NCBI GenBank assembly: GCA_973895155.1
Contig: OZ316895.1
Coordinates: 3,893,659-3,957,658 of the forward strand
Reading direction: 5' to 3'
Length of the DNA: 64,000 nucleotides
Origin: Marsupella aquatica
Lineage: Eukaryota; Plantae; Marchantiophyta
In this document: positions 50,740-64,000 of the stretch, piece after piece
How positions within the stretch are numbered: the stretch's first letter is position 1
How the letters are laid out: every line of letters begins with the position of its first letter
Translations under genes and position numbers: made by a program
Notes under the pieces: generated by a model
What the model was told of the DNA's origin: nothing
Database searches by the model: none
What the model saw: only the letters and a program-made list of their open reading frames with translations

Positions 50740-51464
50740 CTGTTAGCCCCATTAGCTAGGAATGATAAGGACCTCAGTCCATTTGCGGTCGTTTTCGTTT
50801 CCCTTTCTTGGTTCTTAGAGGGTTCCTTTTGATCTTGGTTTTGCCCACTTGGGCCCTTTTTTGTATAAAGTTTGTGTATATTCATTATGTAGTGGTGTAA
50901 ACAGCTAAAAGGCTCAAGTAGCACCTTTTACAGTTTTGAATGAAATGCGAAACAGGTTCTTGACCATTTGCATCTGGCTTCAATTAGTCTAGCCGTTGGT
51001 ACATTACTGCTCATGCCCAAACTACACAAGGGGCCCTTCCCCAAAGTGGTAATTTTCCACTCATGCCAAGGGCATCCCTTCCCATATTAAGTGGTAATTC
51101 ACCACTCAAGCCTAGACTACTAAAAAATGAAGCACTTGATCTCAAAAAATTTGAAACTTTGTGACGTAGTAAACTGGACATCAGTAAGTAAGCATGTTGG
51201 CAAACTTTGAGATTAAATGCAGAGTCAAAAGTTATTCAAATAAGTTTCTAAAAAAACCAGATGCACAAGTTGCTGAAAACCAGTCGCCTAGAATTTAGGC
51301 ATTTCTCTGAAGTGAAGTGTCTTTCCAAAAACAATCTCACTTTTTCCACTTTTTCTGTCCTATGCAAACAGGATATAACTGGCTGATGACTCTGGATCCA
51401 TGCGGATGGGCACCCTCGGTCCATTTGGGCTTTATTAAAAATGAGTCCCATGCCCGTGCGTTGC

Positions 51465-51640
51465 ATAGAAGATGTCAAGGTGAAGAAAGATGTCAAGGTG
51501 AGAAAAGACGTCAATGTGAAAAATGATTGTGACGTGAGGACGAGATGCCAAGGAGAAAAAACGATGTGGAGACAAGAAAAGATGTCGAGATGAGAAAAAG
51601 AAATCAAGATGAGAATAAAATGTCAAGGTGATGAAAAATA
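51465..51640. repeat. Degenerate ~17-bp purine-rich minisatellite
   Basis: aaaagatgtcaaggtga-like units repeated about 9 times. Confidence 0.65.
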
Positions 51641-53022
51641 TGTTGGGGAGACAAATGAGAAAATATTACAAGGGAGGTAAGAAAATATATGCTTCATGAG
51701 GTAGTAGTTGAGGCATGTTATGTATCATCCCACCATATACTTAGTCATTGTGATTGTGTTCAGCATCCATGCATTGCACATAAGAAGTCATTGCATAAAA
51801 GATGACTAAGTGGAAAATAAGTAGTTGTATAAAAGATGTACTATGGTTATGTTAAAGATGGCTTGGGCCCAACCAAGGAAGGACAAAAAATCTATTTTAG
51901 CAAAAATTAAGAGGGTCCACCTGCACAAAATATGGGAATATTTGGTATAGTATGGGATTTTATTTCTAGCTAACAACTTTAATCATGAAAAATTGGAAAA
52001 AAATCAATTGTTTTTATAAAAAAATGTCCCCCAACAAAAAACCAAAAAAATCTATGAAAATGTATACTAAAAAAACTGCACTTCAGTCTTGACTTTGCAG
52101 TGGTCAATGAATAATACTACGAATAGTGACTAATTAATTAATTTTGAACAAAGGGAAAAAGACACACATTGAAAAGACAGGAGAAAGCAAAGTATAGAAA
52201 AGACACACAAAATGGAACAAAAAGACACACAAAAGAAAAAGTGTGAAAAAGGTATTGTAAAGAAAAATATATGAAAGGAGATAGTATCCATAGGTATGAA
52301 CTTTTTCCAATCCATGGTCACAAAAAGACATCCTTAAATCTAAGGGTTGGGATTAATTCATGTCAATTCTATTTTAGTAAGCAGATCATACCTCCCATGT
52401 GGCAAACGAGGTGGCCATGTTGTAGTTGGGTCTGGCCAAGCCTTTTTTTTTAGTTTGGGACGAAGAACGGTACCTCCCATGTGGCAAAGGGGAAACTGAT
52501 CTGGGCTTTTATATGCAAAAGCCCCTGTGTGGCTGAGGGAAAATTGAAATTAGGCTGTTTAGTGGGGTCGTTTTCCTAAGGATGAGGGATGGATTGTCAT
52601 GCTACGTATGATTTGAACGGAGTTGCTGAAATACATCATGATGGGTTTAGTGGGGTCCGCCTATGACACAACTAGGAGATGATATCCCCTCAATTTGGGT
52701 CTCCGTATCATCATTAGGGCTAACCACAGTCATGTGTGTCTCGTTCCAAGCATGAAGGTCTTGAGGAGATATTTTTTTAAACCCTTTGGGAGCACGAAGG
52801 CCAAGTATTTGAGCTGAGCTAATTAAGACCAATCGTTTTAGATACATGCACGAGCTTGGTTTGTGTTTTGGGCTTTGCTGGGAGGGATTTATTTTCTCAA
52901 CCTTCCTTCCATTTTTTAACCCTTGTAAATAAGTGCGCATGTTGCATGTCTTCTTGTGTTGACTTCCTTGCGATTCCATCAAGTCAAGCTGTATGATGGC
53001 TTTTCTCTCTCACCTCTCTCCT

Positions 53023-53027
<5 letters not shown>

Positions 53028-53053
<26 letters not shown>
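53028..53053. repeat. (CT)n microsatellite
   Basis: About 13 uninterrupted CT units. Confidence 0.9.
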
Positions 53054-56000
53054 TTGTGGACAAAGCATAAGACGCTTCCAAGTCAACCATCACTCATTAA
53101 CCCAATTTCTAGTATTTTTAAATATAATATTTTGGCCAAATCCTACCCAAGACAAGATTTGGGCTAGCAAGATCTGGGCTAGCAAGATTTGGGGTAGCTA
53201 CCTATGCACGGGAAAGGAGAATTTTTCTAACCAAAGTATCCAATTTCCTCACTCGTCAGAGACGCTGGTTGCCAGATCCAACTGTAAGTCCTTAAATCTA
53301 GGACGATCTAATGATACAGATTAAATTTATCAGACACTTGTCACGCCTACGTACCTCCCACGGCCATAAGTGACTCACCCACAGGAGTACCTTTCATGGT
53401 CCCCAAACTAAAAAAACGCTTGGCCAAACCCAACTACAACATGGCGATCTCTTTGCTACCCTGCTCCGAAAGCTGAGGAGGCTTTGTAATAGTAACCGCA
53501 GGGGCATAATATAATGCACACAATGAAATCAGGTTGTGCATGAAATTTTCATGGAAGCAGAGTTTTGCTTGTCATCTGGAGAGGCGCAGGGTGGGGGGCG
53601 GGAAAGCTGGATGGAGTTAATTGGTAAATTGGAAAGAGACTTTGTTCCCAACCACAGACTCTTTATCCTGGGTAGATGGTTGTTTGTGGTGGAGCTTTGA
53701 CCCTTTTGGGCTTTCTATCCTCCTTGAAGTTTTTTCTTTAGGATTGGGTCAAGGTTTCAGGTTTATTTCTATTGTGATCCTTGAACTCTAGTTTTGGAGA
53801 CCTTTTTTGGGTTCCTTGCCCGTGCAAATGGTTAATCCTCACAGTGGATTTTTGCTAGTAATCAGTCGCTCAGATCTTTATCTTTTGGATCTCTTCCTGC
53901 TCTCTAGTGTGAGTCTGGCCCTCACATTTGTTGTAGATATTTAGTGCTTTTGCTTTGGGTGTGTGACTCGATGTTACCTAGCTTGCAGCTGTGTAGTTTC
54001 CCTTTTTTTCCCATATACCCACTGAATGTGTTTGGTGGACGAGTGGTCTGTGGCCTTTGACCTTTTCTAAGAAAAATGCTCCTTTCAAGATAAAAACATA
54101 ATGCCCATTAATAGTGGAAGGAGTACCCATCAACCTCAATAAAGTTTGTATGTACATCTCAACGGTTCTGCATTTGATCTGCAACCATCGATCGCCAGTT
54201 CAAATGTTGATATGGCTTCAGTGGCTTGCCTGTAGTTGATGTTTAGGGTAATAATATAAAACTGAGGGTTTCCCCTCAAGCCAGTGCAAAGCTTGAGGTT
54301 TCCCTTTGAAGAAGAAAAAGCAAACTATGTTCAGAGAACCTCTCACAAGATCCAAACAGAAGCCAATGCTGTGAAGAAAGAAGCCCATTAATAGGCCTTT
54401 CATTTTTCCAATCATAACATTAAGTTTGCAAGCCCCTAACTGTTGAGATGTCAACAGCATATGAAGTTCAAGGTGGAGGCAAAGGTTAGCACAAAGCCTA
54501 GAATGATGACAGAGGTTGATTCATATGTCAGTAAGTATGTTTGTAGAAATGTTTATGTCTCAAAAGAAATTATATTCTTGTCAATAAGCAAAGCTGAAAG
54601 ACGTGGCCACTGGTAATTGGGATTCAGCCTAATATGTTTGCAGTAGTGCAAGGGATGTGGGCAAGTAAGTTCACTTGACCCTTCAACACCAAGGATACTA
54701 TCCAATTTGAAGTCAAGCTTTCTTTCCAAGAATACAAGTCTAGAGTAAGTTCACTTAATAGGACTTTCATGAAAGATCAAGTGATAAAAATGTCTCTAAA
54801 TGCTTTCTATGTTGTTTTGAAGAGTAGTAGTCTATAAATAAGGTGGATTAGGTGAGTAGTCCACAGCTGAACGTTGCACTTTCTACAATCATGCAAAGGT
54901 GGCCAAAAGTTTCCCAACACATGCTGGATTTCTATCCTTTGGGTTGCCCCTTGGCTCTCCTGGCTGTGCTTTGTTTCCTTCATTGTTTTAAATTGGGGAA
55001 TGTTTCAAGTCTAAAAGATAGCAAGTCTAAGTTGGATTGAACTATATTTACTCATTCATTACCTTTGAGAGCTCTATAATTTGGGAAAACTCTTTAGTTA
55101 GAGCACATCTGAAGTAGTGCACTCTAACCTGCTCTTACATATTTGGGCTTACATTCTACACAACAATAAATTAGGATCAAGCACTCAGACATAGGTATCT
55201 AACATTCCATTGAATTCTACATGGGCACTATGACAAAGAACCAGTTGGTTGGTATTATATATTTAATTCCATTAGGTCTCAAATATGCCGTATGGTATTT
55301 GAGTGACCTCAATATATGATTTATAGAAAGTGACTTAAAGGGTTTGGCAGAAAATGAAAGCCAGGAGGAAATGAGAAAAATGTGCACACCCACTCTTTTT
55401 ATTAAGTACTAGAGCCCTATGCCAGTGCATTGCATGGCACAAGGACGGCCTGCCCATAGGGAGTTGGGCCAGGGCATTTATGGGACAGTGTGGGGAAACA
55501 CAGATGCGCCAGGGGTGCCCATTTCCTTCATCAATGATAAAAGAAAGCAGTCAAAGGAATGCAAAGGGTATGGATCTTTATGGCCCATGAGCTTTTTTGT
55601 ATTGGGAGAAAGAGCTTTTTTGTGTTGGGAAAAATGACAAAAACGTAGTGATTGTAGTTATAGATTTCATAAATAGGGATAAAAGTCACATAATCAAATG
55701 GTCACAGACTCTTCCCGTCAAAATGACATTTCGAAGAGGCATTTTGCAAGAAGACCACCGGGAAGGGAAAAAAGATTACTCTGTTTAGATTTGTGAATAG
55801 ATTTGTGAATATTCTCCCCTAAGGTTAGGCAACAAGAGAATAGCAAATACAAGCCAGGAATTCTAAAGTGCACCTTGGCAGGGTTTTCATTGTTCGACCA
55901 ATTCACTACCGAGTGATGCTGCGGCGCTGTTAGGTTTAGGTCGCACTTTGGTGTATCTCGTTCACAAGCAGTACCTTGAAACCAGTTCAACTCATGTTAC

Positions 56001-59000
56001 AAGTGTCCAACAACATAAAATCCCCGATAAAATCACGTGTTTGAAGTAGTGCAAATTGAATTTCTTCAACTCATTAAGTAGTCAGAATTATTTTGCGGCT
56101 TCGAGTAGATCGTCGAGAGAGGACTGAAAGACAACATAACCGCCGTGCCAATCAGAATTAGCAATGCACTAGCATCAAACAAAGGATTGACATCAGAAGG
56201 ATATTAAGCGAGAAACTACAATCATGATAGGTTCCTGGCACGCAACAAAGTTTGATGAATCTTACAAACAAAGGAGTGAAATCAATTAGCACAACTTACA
56301 GTAGAATCTTACAAATGAAGGGTTGAAATCAGAAGGATATTAAGCGATAAACCGCATGATAGGATTGTATTACGCAATTGCGTTTGATGTCTCTTACTGG
56401 CGTTTACTGGGATAGCTCTCGATGGGCCTGCTGGACAAGCGTTAAGCAGCAATTGAATAGAGCTGCCCATCTACAGTGACTTGGTCATCGTTCCCATTCA
56501 ACTTTCACCGTACCTACTGTGTTTTAGGAGTCTTTTCTGAACTCTGTAAACTGAACAGATGTGGAGTATGTTCACTTAGTGTAGATACGCAAACATAAGA
56601 CTCAAGGGAAAGTACTTACCAGTCCTAATCATTCAATATGTTCTTCACGACGACCACAAGAGGAGTCAGGCAATCATGCGTTTGACATTATATAGAAGAC
56701 TAATGTGGTTTACCGCAACTTCAGTTTACAACATGCGGCGTCTCCAACTGAATATTTTCTGGATAAAATGTTGAATTGTGTCGCAGAGATGACAGTGAAT
56801 CTACTCAGTCTGCACGATGCAGAACGTACCGATAGCTACAGGGACGCAGACTTCTCGAGAACATTTCAGACTATCATTGATATTAAATCGGGTCAAAAGG
56901 CATCGATTTCAATGCTCATGATCAGGGCTGCTTCTTTGATATCAAAATCAGTGACTGTCGGGTTCACAGCTTTTAGAGTGTCCACAGATCATTCAAATCA
57001 TCCTTTGATGAATTGCTGACATGAAAGGTAAAGCAAAACTGGAGGATAAACTGTTCTCAATGTCCCATTTCCAGCCGCCATGAAACGACAGTTGTCATGG
57101 TGCACGTACTCTGCTTGGAAGTATATTTTGACCTTCGATGTTAGCAGGTCTTCAATCACCGAGTTACTTTTCTGAAACTGCTAAAAGCCTTTGAATGAAG
57201 CAAATATCCATCCCTGCCTGCTACAGTCAGTACAACAACTTACGCAGCGAATTTGCGAGGTCTGCTTACTGGATGCATATATGTGAAGCTGTACGTGGAG
57301 TTGACACGCCATGAAAGTGGATTTCATGCAGCATCATTTTGGCAATTCTTTCTAGGTGCAGCTCCTTTTTCGCTTCTGGTTTCCAGAAAGCTGCCGACAA
57401 AATGATGTGATTCCATTTCGTAATGGCAGCAGCACAAGCGTGCACAATTCATCGCCTTTGTGGTTTCAATCGAGGCAAGGATACCGCCCACTGAGGCACG
57501 CACCCAACGACGCACCAACTGGGAGCTAAGCGAGACCACAACGACGCGCAACCGCATGAAAGCAAGATCGGCCAGTAATAACTGGACTACACGTCTATCA
57601 TGACATGGACCACATGACCATTGTTCCTTTTTTCACATGACCTCTTTTGTTCACATGACCACTTTTTGAATTGCTTACATGACATTGGACTTTGGGACAG
57701 CGTTAGCTTCGACGGGAAACCAAAGGAGGGCGGGTGGACATGATAGCTCCTGTAGTCCACGAACAAAGATAGAGATGGCTAAGATCCAAGGTAGGCTGAA
57801 ACGAATCCCATCACAAAAAGAGAACGAAAAAGGTACAACGGAAAAGAATGCCCACCAGAAAACAAGAGCGGCCGATGCAAATCCGAAGCAGTGAGTGAGA
57901 GCTGATCGAGGAGCCAGCCTGGCTCCAACTCCAACTTTCCATACGCAAGTGAGGCTCGAGCTTTTGCGGCAAAAGTGCGATCTCATGACCGTGTTTCCTG
58001 ATCAGCTACCGCAACTCCAATAAGAGAATGATGCTGAGAATGGACTAGTGGAGACTGGGGAGTAGACGGTAGGCCTGCTGTCGAGATCTAGCTGCTGCAG
58101 ACTGTGGACGGCACAAAGTGCGAAAGCTCTTTCGTAGGGATACTGTAACAACTTTACCAATCTGTTCCACCAGCGAGGTGATTCTGGTGAAGCATACGGA
58201 CGTAAATGTCAGGAAACGAAGCGCGCGTGCATGCATGATTGAATCGTTCAAACTTCTGAAACCAGACACGAGGTCAAGAGTCAAGGCGAGCCTGATTTGA
58301 CAATAGATTTATTCACAATTGTTGGTCCTGGCGCAAATGAGACGATGAGGAATCTCTCTCCCTGAGTGCCTGACGGATGCTGGGTTTGTGGGTTGAAAGG
58401 GAGATCGTTCGAGCACCACGACCTTGGGTGATGCCCCTGGGTGGGCTTCCCTTTTTTCTGTACGCTGCCTAATTGAATAGAATTCATTGGGTTTTTTCGA
58501 GGCAACAAGAAAGGAAGATCGATCCAACAGGCGATCAATGTGAGTAGGAATTGTCAGACACTTCATTGAATGTTCGGCCTCATTTACGGTGAGAACCGTA
58601 CTCAGCTTTTTCAGTATGGTACTGTAGTTTGAAAGCCATGTCCCCAAGCAAACGTGGGCAAGCAAACGTGGGCAAGCAAACGTGGTCCCCAGCTTTGCTG
58701 CAAAGGAATGGCATAATGCTATCAACACTTTACTTCTCACTCCGTGGCAAAGGTCAAGGTAACTTTGTCCATTTTCTGCTGAATGGAGCTCTGCTCAGTG
58801 ACTTTCGTGAGGTGACGACCTTTGTGAGTTGATGCTCTCTTGCCTTGGACAAATTTGAGATCGCGCTGTACATTTTCATTTATTTTGGGTTTCTACTACC
58901 CCTGATACCCAAGCATGTGTATCGGAAGTGTTCCATGTATATTTTTCATATGTATTATATTCATATGGATATTACTACCCCTAATACCCATGCGTTAGTC

Positions 59001-62000
59001 CTGTTGCCTATTATAACAACGGGGTGTAACAAATGAAAATTATGTTTAATCTTGTCTGGCTAATAATTATGATCAAAAATTTATACTAAAGGCAAGGTAT
59101 TTAAAAATTTGTCACACTCATATAACAAAGGGTACAAGGGATTTTTGACTAATTTATTTTTTAATAAATTTTTTTCAAATTTTATTGGTTTGTTTTCAAA
59201 TATTTTAGGGGTTTTACTTAAGTGATTCTCTAGGGTTCACTTGCTTTAAGGGTTTTACTCTAAGTGATTCCCCAGGGCTCTGGCCAATATTTAATAAGTT
59301 CCTTCCTTGCCAGTGAGTAGTGTGCACAACAGATTGCCACATGTTTAGATTACAACACTTTGATTATGTCAAAACTGAACAATTGGCTCAAGACATGGGA
59401 CAACAGGCTTTGGGAAAGCTTTAACTCTCAAGGTTTCCTCTTAATAAACATATCAACTGGCACTAGAGGCCTGGGATTGAGAAATGGGGACATGTCTTGA
59501 ATTGCCCACTTCTTTGAACAACAGCCAAGTACTAGCCCCGACTACTTGTTCTTTGAACGTATGGGAATAGAGGGGAGGGCAATAAAAATGTAACCAAAAC
59601 ATACTCCTTATTCACATTTTTTGAAAGTTAATGAAATGATTAAAAAATCATCATTCATGTCATCATTTTAATAATCATACATAACAAATCATACAGATCT
59701 CTTTCTATGCACATATGATAATTATGGTGGGGCCATAGAGCTGAGTTTTTAATATAAATAAAAAGCATGACAAAAAGTATCCATGATTATCATTTGACTT
59801 ATATCATAAATTTTCCCATACACATGATGAGCCATGGAAGTAAGGTCTAGAGACTTCACTCTAGAAGCCTAGGCTCGAGATATGCCTCGTCCATAAACAT
59901 TAGAACAGTGGCATACTACCACCAATTGTTCCCATCTAAATTCTAATGTATAATAACGTGGTTGGTTAATTTTCCAAACTGCTTGTAGATTGCAGCTACT
60001 CTTCTGCAAGGACTCAGATTCTGTCATATGTTCAATCAGCTAACCTTGAACAATCGCAATAGAGTGTAAATGCAGTCGAACTTAACTATGGCCCTCAAAT
60101 ACTCCTTTATCTGATGAATCTAGTACAACCCACAAACGCGTCTTAGCAGAATGCTGGAATACAAATTGGCCCGTGTGGAGCATGCAAGGGGTTCGTTTAC
60201 GGTCATTCGTTGTAAACGTGGAAGATAGCAATTGTATTCGAAATACCACGACATGTCAGTTTTACAGAATGTCAGTAGGCAGTCGAATGACTGGCGTGGT
60301 GTCGAAGTTTTCGTACTAACTGATATTGGCAGCCTTTTGTTCCCAAAGTCAAACACAGTCAAACAGATTAAATGCAGCGAACCATAACGACCATTAATGG
60401 TTGGTACTGAAAATTGGAGAACTGAATTGTAGATATCGATCATAGATTACACAGAGCTGGATATAGAAATTCCATGTACTTTTATTTTACTGCACTAATG
60501 ACAGATGTACTTTCAGTGGCTGCTCAAGTCTACGCTGGCCACAGAGGGAGAAAGTTATTGGTACAGTGAGTCAAATCTGAGCTGAGAGGTCCAATCTTCC
60601 TACTCACATGATCCTTGCCCTGAAATTGAAACCCTTAATTTACATATTACAAGGTTACCAATAGGAAACGAAATCTGAAGTTGAACCCGGAGTTGAACGG
60701 AAGAATAAATGTCTTCAGTTCATTCATGTGTTCATTTGTATTGAGTTGAACCGATTTCTTCAATTTTGGAACATGCGTACTAGGCAAGTTAGTGAATCAG
60801 ACCGAGTATTTCCAAACAGTGAGTTTTGATTATTAGTCGAGAATTGACGTAGTCGGTAACAACTTGAAAACCCCTACAGTAGAGGCCAACGAACAGTCCT
60901 ATCATTGAGCCTGAAAATCAGTAAGTTACAGGGGACACTGCTTAAAGCTTTGAAGCAACTCAACAAGTATATTGCAATTATCAATTTGGCACAGAGATCT
61001 ATATGCCATTAACTTCAGGATTTTTGCAGGACGGTATTTCATGGAACCTAAATGAAATCATTTCTTCAGGTTCCAGTTGCAGTGTAAGCTGCATGCAAGC
61101 AAACAATTTTCGTCCTGAAATCCTGTTCTTCACGATTGAAAGTCGTTCTTCCCCTCTCTAGAGCACAGCCTTTCAAGTGTAAGTTGAGGAATGAGGAACT
61201 CAAGGGGTTGTTTCTTCTATGGCCATGCTATAGATCGGGTTCACCTAAACGCAATCAAACGCTTTCGAGGTTATTAGTCTCTAATGCCAAAATGTAATCA
61301 CAATGACATGAGAAATCTTCTTTCGCAGATACCTGTCGTTAAATATGGCATTCAAAAGCAGACGGAAGTCTTGCAGAATATAGAGGATGCAAATTAATGG
61401 GCTTCATATTTTGAAACATAGATAAAACACAGCAACCTGCCTACCCGCCACTCGCTTCCCCATCCTTGAACAAGATCATTTTGACAACTCTTGATAATAA
61501 ACTAGGATTCAACAAATGAAGAATGTTTCCTTGTAATCCACTCCAGAAAAGCATTATATATACCATTTCAATTTCCTTCAGCACATAAGCTATTCTCTCT
61601 CTTCATGCTGACTCTCAGTTTCCTTCTGGTTTTCCACCCGCCGTTTTAGTTTGCCGATAAAATCCACACTAGATAGCCGGAAAAGTTTAAATACCTTCCG
61701 ACTCACGAAGAAGACGAGACCTGAGCTCTACGTCTACTGAATCGGAAGAACAGACTAATACCAAAAAATAACAACAATAAAAATCCTCCAGCACCGTGGA
61801 TTCTTTCCTAGTCACAGCTGTTATGTGAACATCGTGATAGCCAGCTGTTACCGAGGCTAATGCATGAGGAGAACCAATTAGTTTCTAGTTTCCGTTGAAT
61901 GTTGAGACAGGGCTAGTCCAGAAATTGAATGAAAGCGATTAGTTTCTTTCCGTCAGAACAGAAGTCTGTTGGTCACCACATCAAACACCTTAATCAGATT

Positions 62001-62744
62001 ATTAAGGATTTAGATCAAGTTACTTACTATAGATCTTAACTCTACCATAGTTAGTAACTATCCTGGCTGCCTACCTCGTGACGAGCTTTTGCAATCCTGG
62101 ACTCTTTTGGTAATATTTATCTAGTGATGGTCCCATAGCCCAACTGGGTTCCTGCGGACATGAAGTTCATTCCTTTATTCATCGAGTTTTGAATCAAAAA
62201 GATACGCATCCATTTGGAAGCGCGTATCTTTTTGAAGCGACAAGACTGTATAAGATCATGCTCGGCAGGGCAATAAGTGGTACCAAGTGTTGTATTTAGG
62301 ATGGCTGACTGCTGTTTGTCCCAGGGGAAACAGATCACCTGCAAAGATAGACCTTCGATTTTCTTGACTCCCAATTGGTGCAGTGTTGGATGTTCGATGC
62401 GAGCTTTCGTGGAGCATTCTTTCGACAACGTGATCACATGTAAAGGGTGGTGAATGTGTAGACGATCTTTGTGCGTGCTTCATAGTCACCATGATGGCCG
62501 GTGACTCAGTCTCAATGATCGATCGAGGGGTCATCGAGGTCAGGATCATCATGGGTCCTTTGGTGCTTATGTTCTGACTGACTTCTGACTACTGTCCTCT
62601 CAATTAATTAATTACGTCTTGCCTCTTGTTTATAATGTTTTTGCTGTGCAATGGAGTCACTTCACAACCTCGGCAATATCTAATCTATGCATATACTAGT
62701 GAAAGGTCTGTTGCAAGGGCTCGACGTCAGGTTGACTTTCACCT

Positions 62745-63150
62745 TGGTCAGTACGCCTCTGCACTCGGTCAGTACGCCTCTGCACTCTTCTCCATTGACG
62801 TACAGTAGGTTGGGAGTGGTCACAATTAGAAGTTCATAAGTATGTCAGTGTCATCAAATGGGAAAGGAAAGATATCACATCCGTTTATAAATTCTAGCAG
62901 TAAATAGGAAATGTCCCCAAATTTTGAGAGTCCTTCATACTTGGGAGGAAAATTGGGCACAATGGACCATGACATGCTTTTCGATAAATAAAACTGTTTC
63001 GCTTCTCCTGCCAGTAATGCCCCACGAACCGGGGAAGGACGTGCTAGGCTGTGCGAAGGCATAGTTGAGGTTCTGGAAAAAAGTCACCAGGTATTAGACA
63101 ATCTTGCCAGACCTGCCAACCTTGTCTAGTCCGGCAATCAATTAGATATT
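62745..63150 (-). pseudogene. Possible decayed protein-kinase remnant
   Basis: Ordered fragments in shifting frames: DKVGRSGKIV (Gly-loop-like, ~63098-63127), YLLLEFING (subdomain V-like, 62881-62907), PNLLYVNGEECRGVLT (VIb-VII-like, ~62767-62815). No intact HRD or DFG. Confidence 0.25.
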
Positions 63151-64000
63151 CGCTGCATGCATATATGTGTGCAATACAATGCATTTCAGGAATATTGCCA
63201 CCCATCCGATGGAGGCTTAAATTACTGCAACGCAGTGAAGAATGTTCAGGACTATAGCTACCCATCCGACCAAGCCTTGAATTGAGGTTTAGCTGGAGGG
63301 GTAGTGCTACTAACTCAATGGACAGATAGTCCTTCCACTTATCAGAAAGTACTTAAGATACATGGCATTTAGCCAGTCCATCGCGGCTTCCATCCTTATG
63401 CCGCCTTCAAGTGGTGGTTGATCAAGATAGCACCCTGTTGTCATAGCGTAAAAGTTCATTTTGCTTTGGAACCAGGATTTCGTTTGCATGGAACATCGAC
63501 ATCACTTTCGTGTAATACTGATGTAGAAAAATGGAGAAGATTCTCGTTCTCGCACTCTTCAATCTTGCGCAAGGGAAAATGCTTTGTACTTTCCAATAGT
63601 GGAAATGACCCTGTTCACACACGGGTGGTAGCATTTCACACGAAAGTGTTTTATCCTTGCCCCAGTTTGTGAATATTGGTTAGTGTTTTATCAATATAAT
63701 ATGTTTGACATGTCAGATTCTAAACGAGAGCTGTGATGAAAAGCAGAAAGAAATCTTGGTACACGGCATCCCAAGCAGAAATTTTGGCCCTGCAAAATCT
63801 CCTTGCAATTAAACTAATCTTGATTGACTACTGTCGTACGAAAACTAATAGATGATGCGGATCCATACCTACCTCGTTTGAAGTGTGACTGCTTTTTACA
63901 ATTAAACTATAATTTTCCGATTAAAACCCTGACTCTCTTGACAGACTCTCCGGACCAGATGATCTTCAGACAATGTCCCTACATCGTGTATAGGCTGGAG

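Noticed and set aside
56000-62000. Host gene exons in the low-repeat right-hand region
   Set aside because: Only short ORFs without domains; no exon chain can be supported from sequence alone.

Overview
Repeat-rich eukaryotic DNA, most consistent with a non-flowering land plant (inferred from the TE and peptide content, not proven). The main feature is a ~10.5 kb Ty3/Gypsy-type LTR retrotransposon (about 28635-39190, + strand). Its single, now broken gag-pol frame reads Gag (two CCHC knuckles) - aspartic protease - DNMT3-like C5 cytosine methyltransferase - RT - RNase H - integrase - PHD finger, so it carries a candidate DNA-methylation writer and a candidate histone-tail reader. This copy is inactivated by stops, frameshifts and a 5'-truncated L1-type LINE in RNase H (17-bp TSD). 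It has no second full LTR and is bracketed by a 29-bp direct repeat. The only convincing host genes are two intronless IDA/IDL-like secreted peptide precursors (9115-9567 and 17596-17934, - strand). The rest comprises a Harbinger-type Myb/SANT ORF, a solo-LTR-like GC-rich block, several MITE/foldback elements with TSDs, an RLE-type non-LTR fragment, tandem duplications and a few decayed coding remnants. All calls are by eye; no searches were run.
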